Origin: Planctomycetota bacterium
GTDB lineage: Bacteria; Planctomycetota; Phycisphaerae; Phycisphaerales; SM1A02
NCBI GenBank assembly: GCA_024230295.1
Contig: JAAERN010000069.1
Location: 33,752 to 97,751 of the forward strand
Direction of reading: 5' to 3'
DNA length: 64,000 nucleotides
Shown: one piece after another, positions 49,581 to 57,991 of the stretch
Layout of the letters: each line of letters starts with the position of its first letter
How positions within the stretch are numbered: position 1 is the stretch's first letter
The notes under the pieces: generated by a model
Seen by the model: only the letters and a program-made list of their open reading frames with translations
Database searches by the model: none
Told to the model about the DNA's origin: nothing
Translations under genes and position numbers: made by a program

Positions 49581-49997
49581 TCAGCGGCGGTTTGAATCTT
49601 CTTGAAGCACCGCCCTCATCACGCTCAGCGTCGCATCGCTCACATGATGCTCCATTCCCTCCGCGTCCCGGGCGGCATCAGTGGGGGGGACGCCGATGTG
49701 GAGCAGAAAATCAAGTAGAAGCTGGTGCCGCCTTCGAGATCGCTTCGCCATGGCGGCACCCTTTCGCGTCAATGTGCAAGGTCCATACGGATCCTTATCG
49801 ATCAGCCGCTCTGCCGAGAGCCGCTGCAAGATGCGGGTAACCGTGACGTGGCTGACCCCCATCTTGGCGGAGAGATCTTTGACGCGGCAGGTGGGCTGAG
49901 TTTCGAGAATGTCACCAATGGCCTCGACGTAGTCTTCGGCCGTCTCATTGGCGTGATCCTGGCGTGTCTTGACGAATGTGTTGCTTCGGCGGGGCAT
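49581..49997 (-). CDS. DtxR/MntR/TroR-family metal-dependent transcriptional repressor (138 aa, no SH3-like domain)
   Basis: ETAEDYVEAIGDIL, HTH VKDLSAKMGVSHVTVTRILQRL, LTRKGAAMAKRSRRRHQLLLDFL, and DAEGMEHHVS. It is divergent from the metal ABC operon. Confidence 0.85.
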   Translation of the reverse strand: MPRRSNTFVKTRQDHANETAEDYVEAIGDILETQPTCRVKDLSAKMGVSHVTVTRILQRLSAERLIDKDPYGPCTLTRKGAAMAKRSRRRHQLLLDFLLHIGVPPTDAARDAEGMEHHVSDATLSVMRAVLQEDSNRR

Positions 49998-50045
49998 GAA
50001 GGATCTCCTGCCTGAGAAATCGGTTGACCAAACACCATACTAAGT

Positions 50046-50059
50046 GTAGCATCTGCTAC
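50046..50059. promoter_or_regulatory. candidate DtxR-family operator, palindrome 1
   Basis: Perfect inverted repeat GTAGCA-TC-TGCTAC in the divergent promoter region between the repressor gene and the SBP gene. Confidence 0.45.
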
Positions 50060-50063
50060 CGAC

Positions 50064-50081
50064 ATGTAGCATGGGCTACAT
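50064..50081. promoter_or_regulatory. candidate DtxR-family operator, palindrome 2
   Basis: Perfect inverted repeat ATGTAGC-ATGG-GCTACAT. It shares the GTAGC half-site with palindrome 1 and lies 20 nt upstream of the SBP ATG. Confidence 0.45.
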
Positions 50082-50100
50082 TTTAGAGAGGGCAGATGCC

Positions 50101-51048
50101 ATGTGCCGTTTGATTGCACTTATCGGGGCCTTGGGTATTGCCGGAGCCGTTCACGCTGTACCACTGGACATCGTGGCAACAACCGGCATGGTTGCCGACA
50201 TTGCTCGTCACGTGGCGGGGGACCGGGCTACGGTCGTGAACATCATGGGCGAGGGGGTCGACCCGCACTTGTATAAACCAGTGGCGTCGGATGTGCGACA
50301 CATCATGGGCGCTGATGTCGTCTTCTACAACGGCCTCAAGTTGGAAGGCAGGATGGGGGATATTTTTGAACGCGCCGCAGCAAGAGGGCGGTTCGTCCGC
50401 CCCGTCGCCGCCATGGTGGAGGAAGAATACCTGCTTGAGCCAGCCGATCAACCTGGGCATCCCGACCCCCATGTATGGATGGACGTCAAGGCTTGGATGG
50501 CCGCGACTGAAGCCGTCGCAATAGCACTGTGTCAGGCGGATCCGGAGGGCTGTGAGTCCTATCGGAGTCATGCCGCCACATACATTTCTGAACTTGCGCA
50601 GCTCGATGCGTATGTGCGGGGCGTGATCGCCAGCATTCCCAAGGGGCAGCGGGTTCTTGTGACCGCGCATGACGCATTCAACTACTTCGGCCACGCCTAT
50701 GGCTTGGAGGTCATGGGAATTCAGGGAATCTCAACTGATTCGGAGGCTGGACTCGCCGACGTGACTGGTCTTGTCGACATTCTCGTCGAACGGAAGATCC
50801 CGGCGGTGTTCGTCGAGTCGAGTGTTCCGGACAAGTATGTGCGGGCCCTCATCGAGGGAGCCGGCGCTCGAGGGCATGAGGTCATCGTGGGCGGCGAACT
50901 CTATTCTGATGCGATGGGTAACCCCGGGACATACGAGGGGACATACATCGGCATGATTGATCACAACGTGAGCACGGTCGCGAAAGCGCTCGGTGGTGTC
51001 GTTCCAAAGGGCGGTTTCAGAAGTAGCACCGCAGAAACAGGCAAGTGA
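50101..51048 (+). CDS. metal ABC transporter substrate-binding protein (TroA/MntC/PsaA-like, Mn/Fe type)
   Basis: Start trimmed to the ATG at 50101 (signal MCRLIALIGALGIAGAVHA). DPHLYKP and DPHVWMD motifs are present. It lacks the His-rich loop of ZnuA. Confidence 0.85.
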   Translation: MCRLIALIGALGIAGAVHAVPLDIVATTGMVADIARHVAGDRATVVNIMGEGVDPHLYKPVASDVRHIMGADVVFYNGLKLEGRMGDIFERAAARGRFVRPVAAMVEEEYLLEPADQPGHPDPHVWMDVKAWMAATEAVAIALCQADPEGCESYRSHAATYISELAQLDAYVRGVIASIPKGQRVLVTAHDAFNYFGHAYGLEVMGIQGISTDSEAGLADVTGLVDILVERKIPAVFVESSVPDKYVRALIEGAGARGHEVIVGGELYSDAMGNPGTYEGTYIGMIDHNVSTVAKALGGVVPKGGFRSSTAETGK

Positions 51049-51051
51049 CGA

Positions 51052-51870
51052 GTGGATCGCCCCCCAGAAATTCAGCCAACTGTTGCTCGCGGCTCCGAGC
51101 ACGATCCGGATGCTGCGATCTCAATACATGATCTGACCGTTGCGTACGATCGTCGTCCGGTGTTGTGGGATGTCGATCTCGATGTGCCTACAGGGTGCCT
51201 TGCCGCGATTGTCGGGCCCAACGGGGCTGGAAAAAGTACCTTGATCAAGGCATGCCTTGATCTTCTGCCTCGTGTTTCGGGTGACGTGCGAATGTTCGGC
51301 TCGCCGTGGCGATCCGTACGAAGTCGCGTCGCGTACGTGCCGCAGCGAGAAACCGTTGATTGGGATTTTCCGGTCAGCGCGCTCGATGTCGTTGCCATGG
51401 GAACCTATGGGCGATTGGGCTGGCTGCGGCCTGTTGGAAAGGCGCAAAAACAGGCAGCGATGCACGCGCTCGATCGGGTGGGACTTTCGGACTATGCGGC
51501 CCGGCAGATAAGCCAACTCTCAGGCGGCCAGCAGCAGCGCGTGTTTCTCGCTCGCGCCCTCGTGCAGGAGGCTGATCTCTACCTTATGGACGAGCCGTTC
51601 GCGTCGGTTGACGCCGCAACCGAACAGGCCATCGTGGAAGTGCTTCGCGATCTGCGATCCAGTGGGGCGACGCTCGTGGTTGTGCATCATGATTTGCAGA
51701 CTGTGGCCGAGTACTTCGAGCACATCATTCTTCTCAACATGCGTGTTGTGGCTAGTGGTGCGATGGACGAAACACTGACTGCCGACAATCTTCGCGCGAC
51801 TTATGGTGGACGGCTCACCCTGCTTGAGCAGGCGGCGACTGCGCTTGGGCGGCTCTCGAAGGATCGATGA
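51052..51870 (+). CDS. metal ABC transporter ATP-binding protein
   Basis: GTG start. Walker A GPNGAGKST, signature LSGGQQQRV, Walker B LYLMDEPF. Confidence 0.9.
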   Translation: MDRPPEIQPTVARGSEHDPDAAISIHDLTVAYDRRPVLWDVDLDVPTGCLAAIVGPNGAGKSTLIKACLDLLPRVSGDVRMFGSPWRSVRSRVAYVPQRETVDWDFPVSALDVVAMGTYGRLGWLRPVGKAQKQAAMHALDRVGLSDYAARQISQLSGGQQQRVFLARALVQEADLYLMDEPFASVDAATEQAIVEVLRDLRSSGATLVVVHHDLQTVAEYFEHIILLNMRVVASGAMDETLTADNLRATYGGRLTLLEQAATALGRLSKDR

Positions 51871-53189
51871 TCGCCATGTATCTTGCGACGTCGCTTCTGG
51901 ACATTCTGCTGCTCGCCGATTGGAATACGCGGGTCGTGGTCATCGGTACATCCATGCTTGGAGTTGCGGCCGGTGTGGTCGGGGCGTTTCTTGTGCTGCG
52001 TAAGCGGGCACTGCTTGGCGATACCGTGAGCCACGCCATGCTTCCCGGTGTCGTCGGCGCGTTTCTGGTCATGCAAGCCTTCGGGGGTGGTGGGAAGTCG
52101 TTCGCGGGACTCCTTCTTGGTGCGGCGATCGCTGGAGTGCTTGCAGCGTGGGCAATTCCGGTTCTGCGGCGGGCAACGGGGCTCAAGGACGACGCCATCA
52201 TGGGAGTCGTGCTCGGTGGCGGCTTTGGTTTGGGGATTGCCATGCTGGGCGTTGCGCAGGCCATGCCCGGCGGCAACCAGGCGGGCCTGGAATCCTTTAT
52301 CTATGGCCGGACCGCCTCGATGGTGCAGGACGATGCGATTGGGATCGGAGTGACAGCGGTCGTCACACTTCTGATAGCGGTGCTGCTGGCAAAGGAGTTT
52401 CGGCTGCTGTGTTTCGATGAGTCCTTTGGCCGAGCACTCGGGCGAAAGGAAGGGGTACTTGATCTTGGCTTGATGGTGTTGGCCGTTACCGTCACGGTTG
52501 TAGGATTGCAGGCGGTTGGTCTCATTCTGGTCATCGCACTGCTCATCATTCCAGGGGCAGCGGCCAGGTTTTGGACCGATGAGTTCGTGCGAATGGTGTC
52601 TCTCGCAGGCGTCATCGGTGCAGTGGCGTGCTGGCTTGGCGCATCGATCAGCGCGATGGCCCCAGACCTGCCCGCAGGATCCATCATCGTGCTGACGCTG
52701 TCGTCACTCTTTGGCCTCTCGATGCTTGTCGGAACGCGACGGGGGGCTGTGAAGCGGATCATTCAGTCGAGGAAGCTTCGCCGACGAACCGGATGGCAGC
52801 ATCTTATGCGTGCCGCCGCAGAGTCTCTTGAGTCTCAAGGGACTGATACGTGGACGATCGAACAGTTGTCGCCACTTCGAAGCTGGTCGACCAGCCGACT
52901 TCGAGCACTTCACCGCAGCGCGATTCGGCGGGGCGACATCATCAGTTGCGAGGATGGCTATGCGCTGACGGAATCAGGCCGAACTGCGGCCGATCGTGTT
53001 GTTCGAAACCATCGGCTGTGGGAACTCTTCCTGATTCGGCATGCTGATATCGCCGCGTCGCACGTGGATCGTGATGCCGACATGGTCGAGCATGTTCTCG
53101 GAGACGAGCTGGTGGCCGAGTTGGAGACGATCTTGGCAGGCAGCGACGTGGCCTTGGTCAGTCCGCATGCACTTGGGGGACAGGCATGA
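51867..53189 (+). CDS. ABC-3 family metal permease fused to a C-terminal DtxR-like domain
   Basis: About 290 aa of polytopic ABC-3 core. An extension of about 135 aa follows, with LTESGRTAADRVVRNHRLWELFLIRHADIAASHVDRDADMVEHVLGDE. ATGA overlaps occur at both ends. Confidence 0.85.
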   Translation: MIAMYLATSLLDILLLADWNTRVVVIGTSMLGVAAGVVGAFLVLRKRALLGDTVSHAMLPGVVGAFLVMQAFGGGGKSFAGLLLGAAIAGVLAAWAIPVLRRATGLKDDAIMGVVLGGGFGLGIAMLGVAQAMPGGNQAGLESFIYGRTASMVQDDAIGIGVTAVVTLLIAVLLAKEFRLLCFDESFGRALGRKEGVLDLGLMVLAVTVTVVGLQAVGLILVIALLIIPGAAARFWTDEFVRMVSLAGVIGAVACWLGASISAMAPDLPAGSIIVLTLSSLFGLSMLVGTRRGAVKRIIQSRKLRRRTGWQHLMRAAAESLESQGTDTWTIEQLSPLRSWSTSRLRALHRSAIRRGDIISCEDGYALTESGRTAADRVVRNHRLWELFLIRHADIAASHVDRDADMVEHVLGDELVAELETILAGSDVALVSPHALGGQA

Positions 53190-54493
53190 CACTTGATTAT
53201 GACGGATGGATCATCCTGATTGGAGTGTTGGTTGCAGCATGCTGCGCAATCCCCGGAAGCTGGTTGGTTGTCAGGGGTATGGGCATGATGGGAGACGCAA
53301 TCTCGCATGCGGTGTTGCCGGGCATTGCGATCGGGTTCTTGGTTAGCGGGACGCGGTCGGGCGGCTGGATGTTTCTCGGAGCGGCAATCTCAGGTGTTCT
53401 CGCAGCGGTCATGACCCAGATCGTGCACCGGTGGGGGCGGGTCGATCGCGGAGCTGCCATGGGACTTGTCTTCACCGCGTTCTTTTCGCTCGGGCTGCTG
53501 CTCATTGTGCAGACGGCGGACACTGTGGATCTCGATCCGAACTGTGTGCTCTATGGTGCCATCGAGCTTGCACCATTGGACACGATCTCTCTTGCGGGAC
53601 TGGATGTTCCCCGAATCGTGATGCCATTGGCGATTGTGCTGCTTGCGAATGTTGGGCTGACCCTGCTGCTCTTCAAGGAGTTGCTGGCAACGGCATTTGA
53701 TCCTGGCCTCGCGACGGCCCAGGGGTTTGATGCGAGGTGGCTGCACTATGGCCTCATGGTTTTGACCGCCGCAACCTGCGTTGCTTGTTTCGAAGCTGTT
53801 GGGAGCATCATTACCGTGGCGTTGCTGGTGGCTCCCCCCGCAGCGGCCTTGATGCTCACCCGGCGAATGCGGTGGGTGATCGTGTTGGCAACGGCGCTCG
53901 GGGGGCTGGCTGCAGTGCTGGGACACTTCTCGGCCCTGACCGTCCCGGGTTGGATTCTCGGTGGTGGTCTCGATACTTCGTCGGCAGGAATGATGGCAGT
54001 CGCATCTCTGGTGATCTTTCTCTTCATGGCCACATTTGCTCCGGGCCGCGGCGTGTTGGCGCGGCGATGGGTCTCCAGACGAGATGCGATGCGAGTGGCC
54101 GTAGAAGATGCGCTCGGACTCTTGTTTCGGCTGGAGGAGCGGGCCGTCATGTTGGATCGAGTTGAGGTGGAGGGGCTCCTGCAATCGGATGTCCGGATTG
54201 GTGGCAGGTTGGGCACGGTGCTGACTCAGATCCGGCGAGGATCGCTCGCGGAGGTCGATAACGGTGCTTGGAAGTTGACGGAGTCGGGGCGAACCGCGGC
54301 GAGGAGCCTCGTTCGGGCACACCGGTTGTGGGAGACTTACCTAGCCGGCCGAGCGAGTATTCCATCAAGCCACTTGCACGCCGCGGCCGAGCGTTTGGAG
54401 CACGTGACCGATCCCACGCTGGCTGAGCAGTTGCGGACTGAAGTCGGAGATGCGAGTGATGATCCCCATGGACGTCCGATTCCACCGGGCTGA
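53186..54493 (+). CDS. second ABC-3 family metal permease fused to a C-terminal DtxR-like domain
   Basis: About 295 aa of ABC-3 core. The extension carries LTESGRTAARSLVRAHRLWETYLAGRASIPSSHLHAAAERLEHVTDPTLAEQL. Confidence 0.85.
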   Translation: MTLDYDGWIILIGVLVAACCAIPGSWLVVRGMGMMGDAISHAVLPGIAIGFLVSGTRSGGWMFLGAAISGVLAAVMTQIVHRWGRVDRGAAMGLVFTAFFSLGLLLIVQTADTVDLDPNCVLYGAIELAPLDTISLAGLDVPRIVMPLAIVLLANVGLTLLLFKELLATAFDPGLATAQGFDARWLHYGLMVLTAATCVACFEAVGSIITVALLVAPPAAALMLTRRMRWVIVLATALGGLAAVLGHFSALTVPGWILGGGLDTSSAGMMAVASLVIFLFMATFAPGRGVLARRWVSRRDAMRVAVEDALGLLFRLEERAVMLDRVEVEGLLQSDVRIGGRLGTVLTQIRRGSLAEVDNGAWKLTESGRTAARSLVRAHRLWETYLAGRASIPSSHLHAAAERLEHVTDPTLAEQLRTEVGDASDDPHGRPIPPG

Positions 54494-54548
54494 CTGTTAC
54501 TGCATTTGCGGCCACTGCCGCGACGCTCACCCTGTAGCATGACGCCCC

Positions 54549-55994
54549 ATGGCATGCTCTTGGAAGGCCGCTGAGAAGGGATACGACGAGGCGTTGACAG
54601 GCGACGATGCTGCGAGGGGTCTGTATCGATCCGTCGTTGACACGCTCCGTCGATTTGACGAGGACGATGTGCGCCGGCGCGAAGAGTTGCAAGAGGTGTC
54701 GCTGGTCAATCAGGGCATCACATTTACGGTCTACGGGGAAGAGGAAGGGACCGAGCGGACATTCCCGTTCGACTTTGTGCCCCGAATAATCGGTTCGGAT
54801 GAGTGGGATCTGCTTGAGCGAGGACTCATTCAACGTGTGACCGCCATCAACTTGTTCCTCGAAGATGTGTACGGCGATCAGCGGTGCTTGCGAGAGAATG
54901 TGGTGCCATTCGACTTGGTGCTCTCTCGAAGCGACTTTCGCCGGGAACTCATCGGAACGCGGCCACGGCACGGTGTGTTCACGCACATCGCCGGGATTGA
55001 CTTGCTTCGCGGGGAGCAGGGTGAGTTCCTGGTCCTGGAAGACAACTGCCGCTGTCCGAGCGGCGTCTCGTATGTCCTTGAAAATCGCAATCTGCTGTCG
55101 CGCGTGTTTCCCGAGATGTTTGCGAACTATGGCGTCCGCCCAGTGGACAGCTATCCACAGATGCTCCTTGACGCGCTTAAATTTGCCGCGCCGAGGGGAC
55201 GAGAGCGACCATCTGTCGCGGTGTTGACACCTGGCCTGAACAACAGTGCCTATTTTGAGCACTCTTTTCTCGCTAGAGAGATGGGCGTGCCGCTTGTCGA
55301 AGGCCGCGATCTGATTGTTGAAAACGACCAAGTGTCAATGCGAACAACTCGGGGTCGCCAGCGGGTGGATGTGCTCTACCGCCGCGTAGATGACGCGTTT
55401 CTGGATCCGGTGGTTTTTAATGCTGGCAGTTTGCTAGGAGTTCCTGGTCTTATTCATGCGTGGCGGTCCGGGAACGTCACGATTGCCAATGCCCCCGGGG
55501 CTGGTGTTGCGGACGACAAGTCGATCTACCCATGGATGCCGGAGATCATCCGTTTCTTTCTCGATGAGGAACCGCTGCTGGCGCAGGTCCATACCTACAT
55601 TGGTCGAAGGCCCGAAGATGCGGCGTTTATCCGAGACAACCTTTCTTCGCTGGTCGTGAAACTGACCGATGGGGCGGGTGGATACGGCATGCTGGTTGGA
55701 CCCACAGCAAGCGCATCGGAAATAGCAGAGTTTGGAAGGATCTTTGACGCACATCCCGAGGCCTACATCGCTCAGCCGCTTGTGGAGTTCTCATCGCATC
55801 CGACCTGGATAGAAAACGGTTACGTAGCGCGGCATGTGGATATGCGGCCGTTTGTCTTGTATGGCGAGACGATTCAAGTGCTTCCGGGCGGGTTGACGCG
55901 GGTCGCACTGGAGGAGGGGTCGTATGTCGTTAACTCATCGCAGGGTGGTGGCAGTAAGGATACGTGGGTGCTCGCGGAGGATCTCGTCCGATGA
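54549..55994 (+). CDS. circularly permuted ATP-grasp (type 2) family protein
   Basis: 481 aa. GITFTVYGEEEGTERTFPFDFVPRII and NAPGAGVADDKSIYPWMPEII are typical of the former DUF404/DUF407 (CP_ATPgrasp_2) family. An alpha-E gene follows. Confidence 0.8.
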   Translation: MACSWKAAEKGYDEALTGDDAARGLYRSVVDTLRRFDEDDVRRREELQEVSLVNQGITFTVYGEEEGTERTFPFDFVPRIIGSDEWDLLERGLIQRVTAINLFLEDVYGDQRCLRENVVPFDLVLSRSDFRRELIGTRPRHGVFTHIAGIDLLRGEQGEFLVLEDNCRCPSGVSYVLENRNLLSRVFPEMFANYGVRPVDSYPQMLLDALKFAAPRGRERPSVAVLTPGLNNSAYFEHSFLAREMGVPLVEGRDLIVENDQVSMRTTRGRQRVDVLYRRVDDAFLDPVVFNAGSLLGVPGLIHAWRSGNVTIANAPGAGVADDKSIYPWMPEIIRFFLDEEPLLAQVHTYIGRRPEDAAFIRDNLSSLVVKLTDGAGGYGMLVGPTASASEIAEFGRIFDAHPEAYIAQPLVEFSSHPTWIENGYVARHVDMRPFVLYGETIQVLPGGLTRVALEEGSYVVNSSQGGGSKDTWVLAEDLVR

Positions 55995-56935
55995 GCATCA
56001 TGCTTTCGAGATCCGCTGAGAACATCTACTGGATGGGGCGATACCTGGAGCGCGCATCGAATCTGTGCCGCATGCTTCAGGTTGCAGAGCAGTTGACGGT
56101 TGAAATCCGTGGTTTGGTACCGGATGTAGCAGTGGATTTCTGGGCGGGCTTTGCAAAGGTTTACCCAGGATCGCCGGAAGTAAGTGGCGATGTGGATGAA
56201 GTACGCGTTGCGGGACTTCACACGTGGTTGCTCGGACGCAGGAGCACACTGTCGGTTGCCACATCGATCTGCCACGCTCGCGAGAATGCCCTCGCGATCC
56301 GTGAGTACTTGACTCGCGAGGTATTCGAGCAGATCAATGAGTGCTGGCTTCAACTCGATGCGGGCGTCCGTGGCGAGGCGCATGCCGATGCCCTGCTTGG
56401 ACAGGTGCAACAAGCGATCTTCGGGATTGGCGGGACCATTGGTCGGACGCTCATTCGTGATGAGGCATGGATCTTTCTTGACCTGGGCGTCATGTTGGAG
56501 CGGGTCTATCGCGTACTCATGCTGCTTCGGCACCGCCTGCCTCAGCTCATGGGTACGCCTGAGGACATTGATATTCCAGTTCATCACGCGCTGCTTCGAA
56601 GCGTGCTGCGGTCTGCTGGATCGTTGGAGAATTACCGACGCGTCCATGGTGCAGCCATGACTCCGAGGCAAGTGTGGAGCTTCTTGTTCTTTGATCCCCA
56701 GTCTCCGCACAGCGTCGCATTTGGCATTACGCAACTCGAAGAGGATCTCGGGCAGATTGAGCGTGGGGGAGTGCTGACTGACGCAGCGAGGCAGGTGGGT
56801 CGGCTGGCTTCACAGCTTCGGTACGAATCGCAAGATCTTCTTGGTCGTCACGACTTCGCGACGATTTGCGAGGGGCTCGGGAGTGACGTGGAGCGGATTC
56901 ACGAGTCACTGACACGGCTGTATTTCACGGTATAG
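55991..56935 (+). CDS. alpha-E domain protein (former DUF403)
   Basis: Start trimmed to the ATG at 55991, which overlaps the upstream stop (ATGA). The N-terminus MLSRSAENIYWMGRYLERA is the hallmark of the alpha-E family. Confidence 0.8.
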   Translation: MSIMLSRSAENIYWMGRYLERASNLCRMLQVAEQLTVEIRGLVPDVAVDFWAGFAKVYPGSPEVSGDVDEVRVAGLHTWLLGRRSTLSVATSICHARENALAIREYLTREVFEQINECWLQLDAGVRGEAHADALLGQVQQAIFGIGGTIGRTLIRDEAWIFLDLGVMLERVYRVLMLLRHRLPQLMGTPEDIDIPVHHALLRSVLRSAGSLENYRRVHGAAMTPRQVWSFLFFDPQSPHSVAFGITQLEEDLGQIERGGVLTDAARQVGRLASQLRYESQDLLGRHDFATICEGLGSDVERIHESLTRLYFTV

Positions 56936-56942
56936 GAAACTC

Positions 56943-57896
56943 ATGCTTCTCAGCATTGAACACAATCTTCGCTTTCAGTACTCCGCTTTCGTTCGTGAGT
57001 CCCACATGGAGATTCGCGTGGAGCCGCGAGCATTGGCCGGGCAGGCGGTGCACGATTTTGATTTGGCAATTGGGCCACATGCGCAGCCTAGTCGGCATGA
57101 AGACTGGATGGGCAATGCGCTTCATTGGTTCTCGATCACGGATTACCACGATCGTGTCGAGGTTGCGTGCAGATCGCTCGTCGAAACGAGTCCGTCGGAT
57201 CGAGACCCTCAGACATTGGAATTCCCGGTTCGTGATATGCCTGAGCAGCGCGAGATATGGGACTACATCCAGTTTGTCGGGCCGGTGGTGCGGAGCGAGC
57301 GACTCAAGGTGCTGGCGGACGATCTGCAACTCTCAGATTGCGAGACCGTAGGCGCGATTGTTACGCGAATGGCGACTTCGCTCAGAGATCACATCATGTA
57401 TCGATCATTAGTCACGCATGCCCATTCGACGAGTGACGATGCGCTCGAAGCGGAAGCGGGCGTGTGTCAGGACTTTGCCCACATTGCACTTGGACTGCTT
57501 CGATTGCAGGGAGTTCCGTGCCGATATGTCAACGGCTACTTGCATGTGGACAATGCTTCGAGACCTTCAGAGAGCCATGCATGGATCGAGCTATGGACCC
57601 CCGAGTGTGGCTGGGTGGGGTTCGATCCGACGCATGCGTGCGAGGTCGGCGAGCGTTACGTCGTGATTGCGTTTGGTCGGAACTATGCTGATGTGCCGCC
57701 AAACCGGGGCATTTTTCGTGGTGCGGCAGAGGAATTGCTCTCGGTCGAGGTTCGCACAAGCCCCGTCGAGCGGCGAGAGCGCCATCATGCCGAGGCACCA
57801 CTCATTATGGACGTTCCTGTATTTGCTGAGGCCCCGGATCGTGCCGCCGTGCATGAGCAACGGGGCGATGAGGCCGCAGCGCAGCAGCAGCAGTAG
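56943..57896 (+). CDS. transglutaminase-family protein (Bact_transglu_N plus transglutaminase core)
   Basis: Catalytic Cys context GVCQDFAHIALGLLRLQGVPCRYVNGY, then HAWIELW and GFDPTH (the Cys-His-Asp triad). Confidence 0.85.
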   Translation: MLLSIEHNLRFQYSAFVRESHMEIRVEPRALAGQAVHDFDLAIGPHAQPSRHEDWMGNALHWFSITDYHDRVEVACRSLVETSPSDRDPQTLEFPVRDMPEQREIWDYIQFVGPVVRSERLKVLADDLQLSDCETVGAIVTRMATSLRDHIMYRSLVTHAHSTSDDALEAEAGVCQDFAHIALGLLRLQGVPCRYVNGYLHVDNASRPSESHAWIELWTPECGWVGFDPTHACEVGERYVVIAFGRNYADVPPNRGIFRGAAEELLSVEVRTSPVERRERHHAEAPLIMDVPVFAEAPDRAAVHEQRGDEAAAQQQQ

Positions 57897-57933
57897 CCTT
57901 CCTTAGCTGCAGGCTTTACTGATAGTGACCACC

Positions 57934-57972
57934 AAAAAACAACCGCCCCCCGTCGCAAGCGACGGGGGGCGG
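57934..57972 (-). terminator. rho-independent terminator of the 770-aa surface protein gene
   Basis: GC-rich 12-bp stem CCGCCCCCCGTC / GACGGGGGGCGG. On the minus strand it is followed by GTTTTTTGG. Confidence 0.7.
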
Positions 57973-57991
57973 TAAACGAAACGCTACAACA

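Noticed and set aside
53390-56734. Long minus-strand ORFs 53390..54322, 54147..55331 and 55874..56734
   Set aside because: They are antisense to the permease, the CP ATP-grasp gene and the alpha-E gene. The translations are His/Arg/Pro/Gln-rich and low in complexity.
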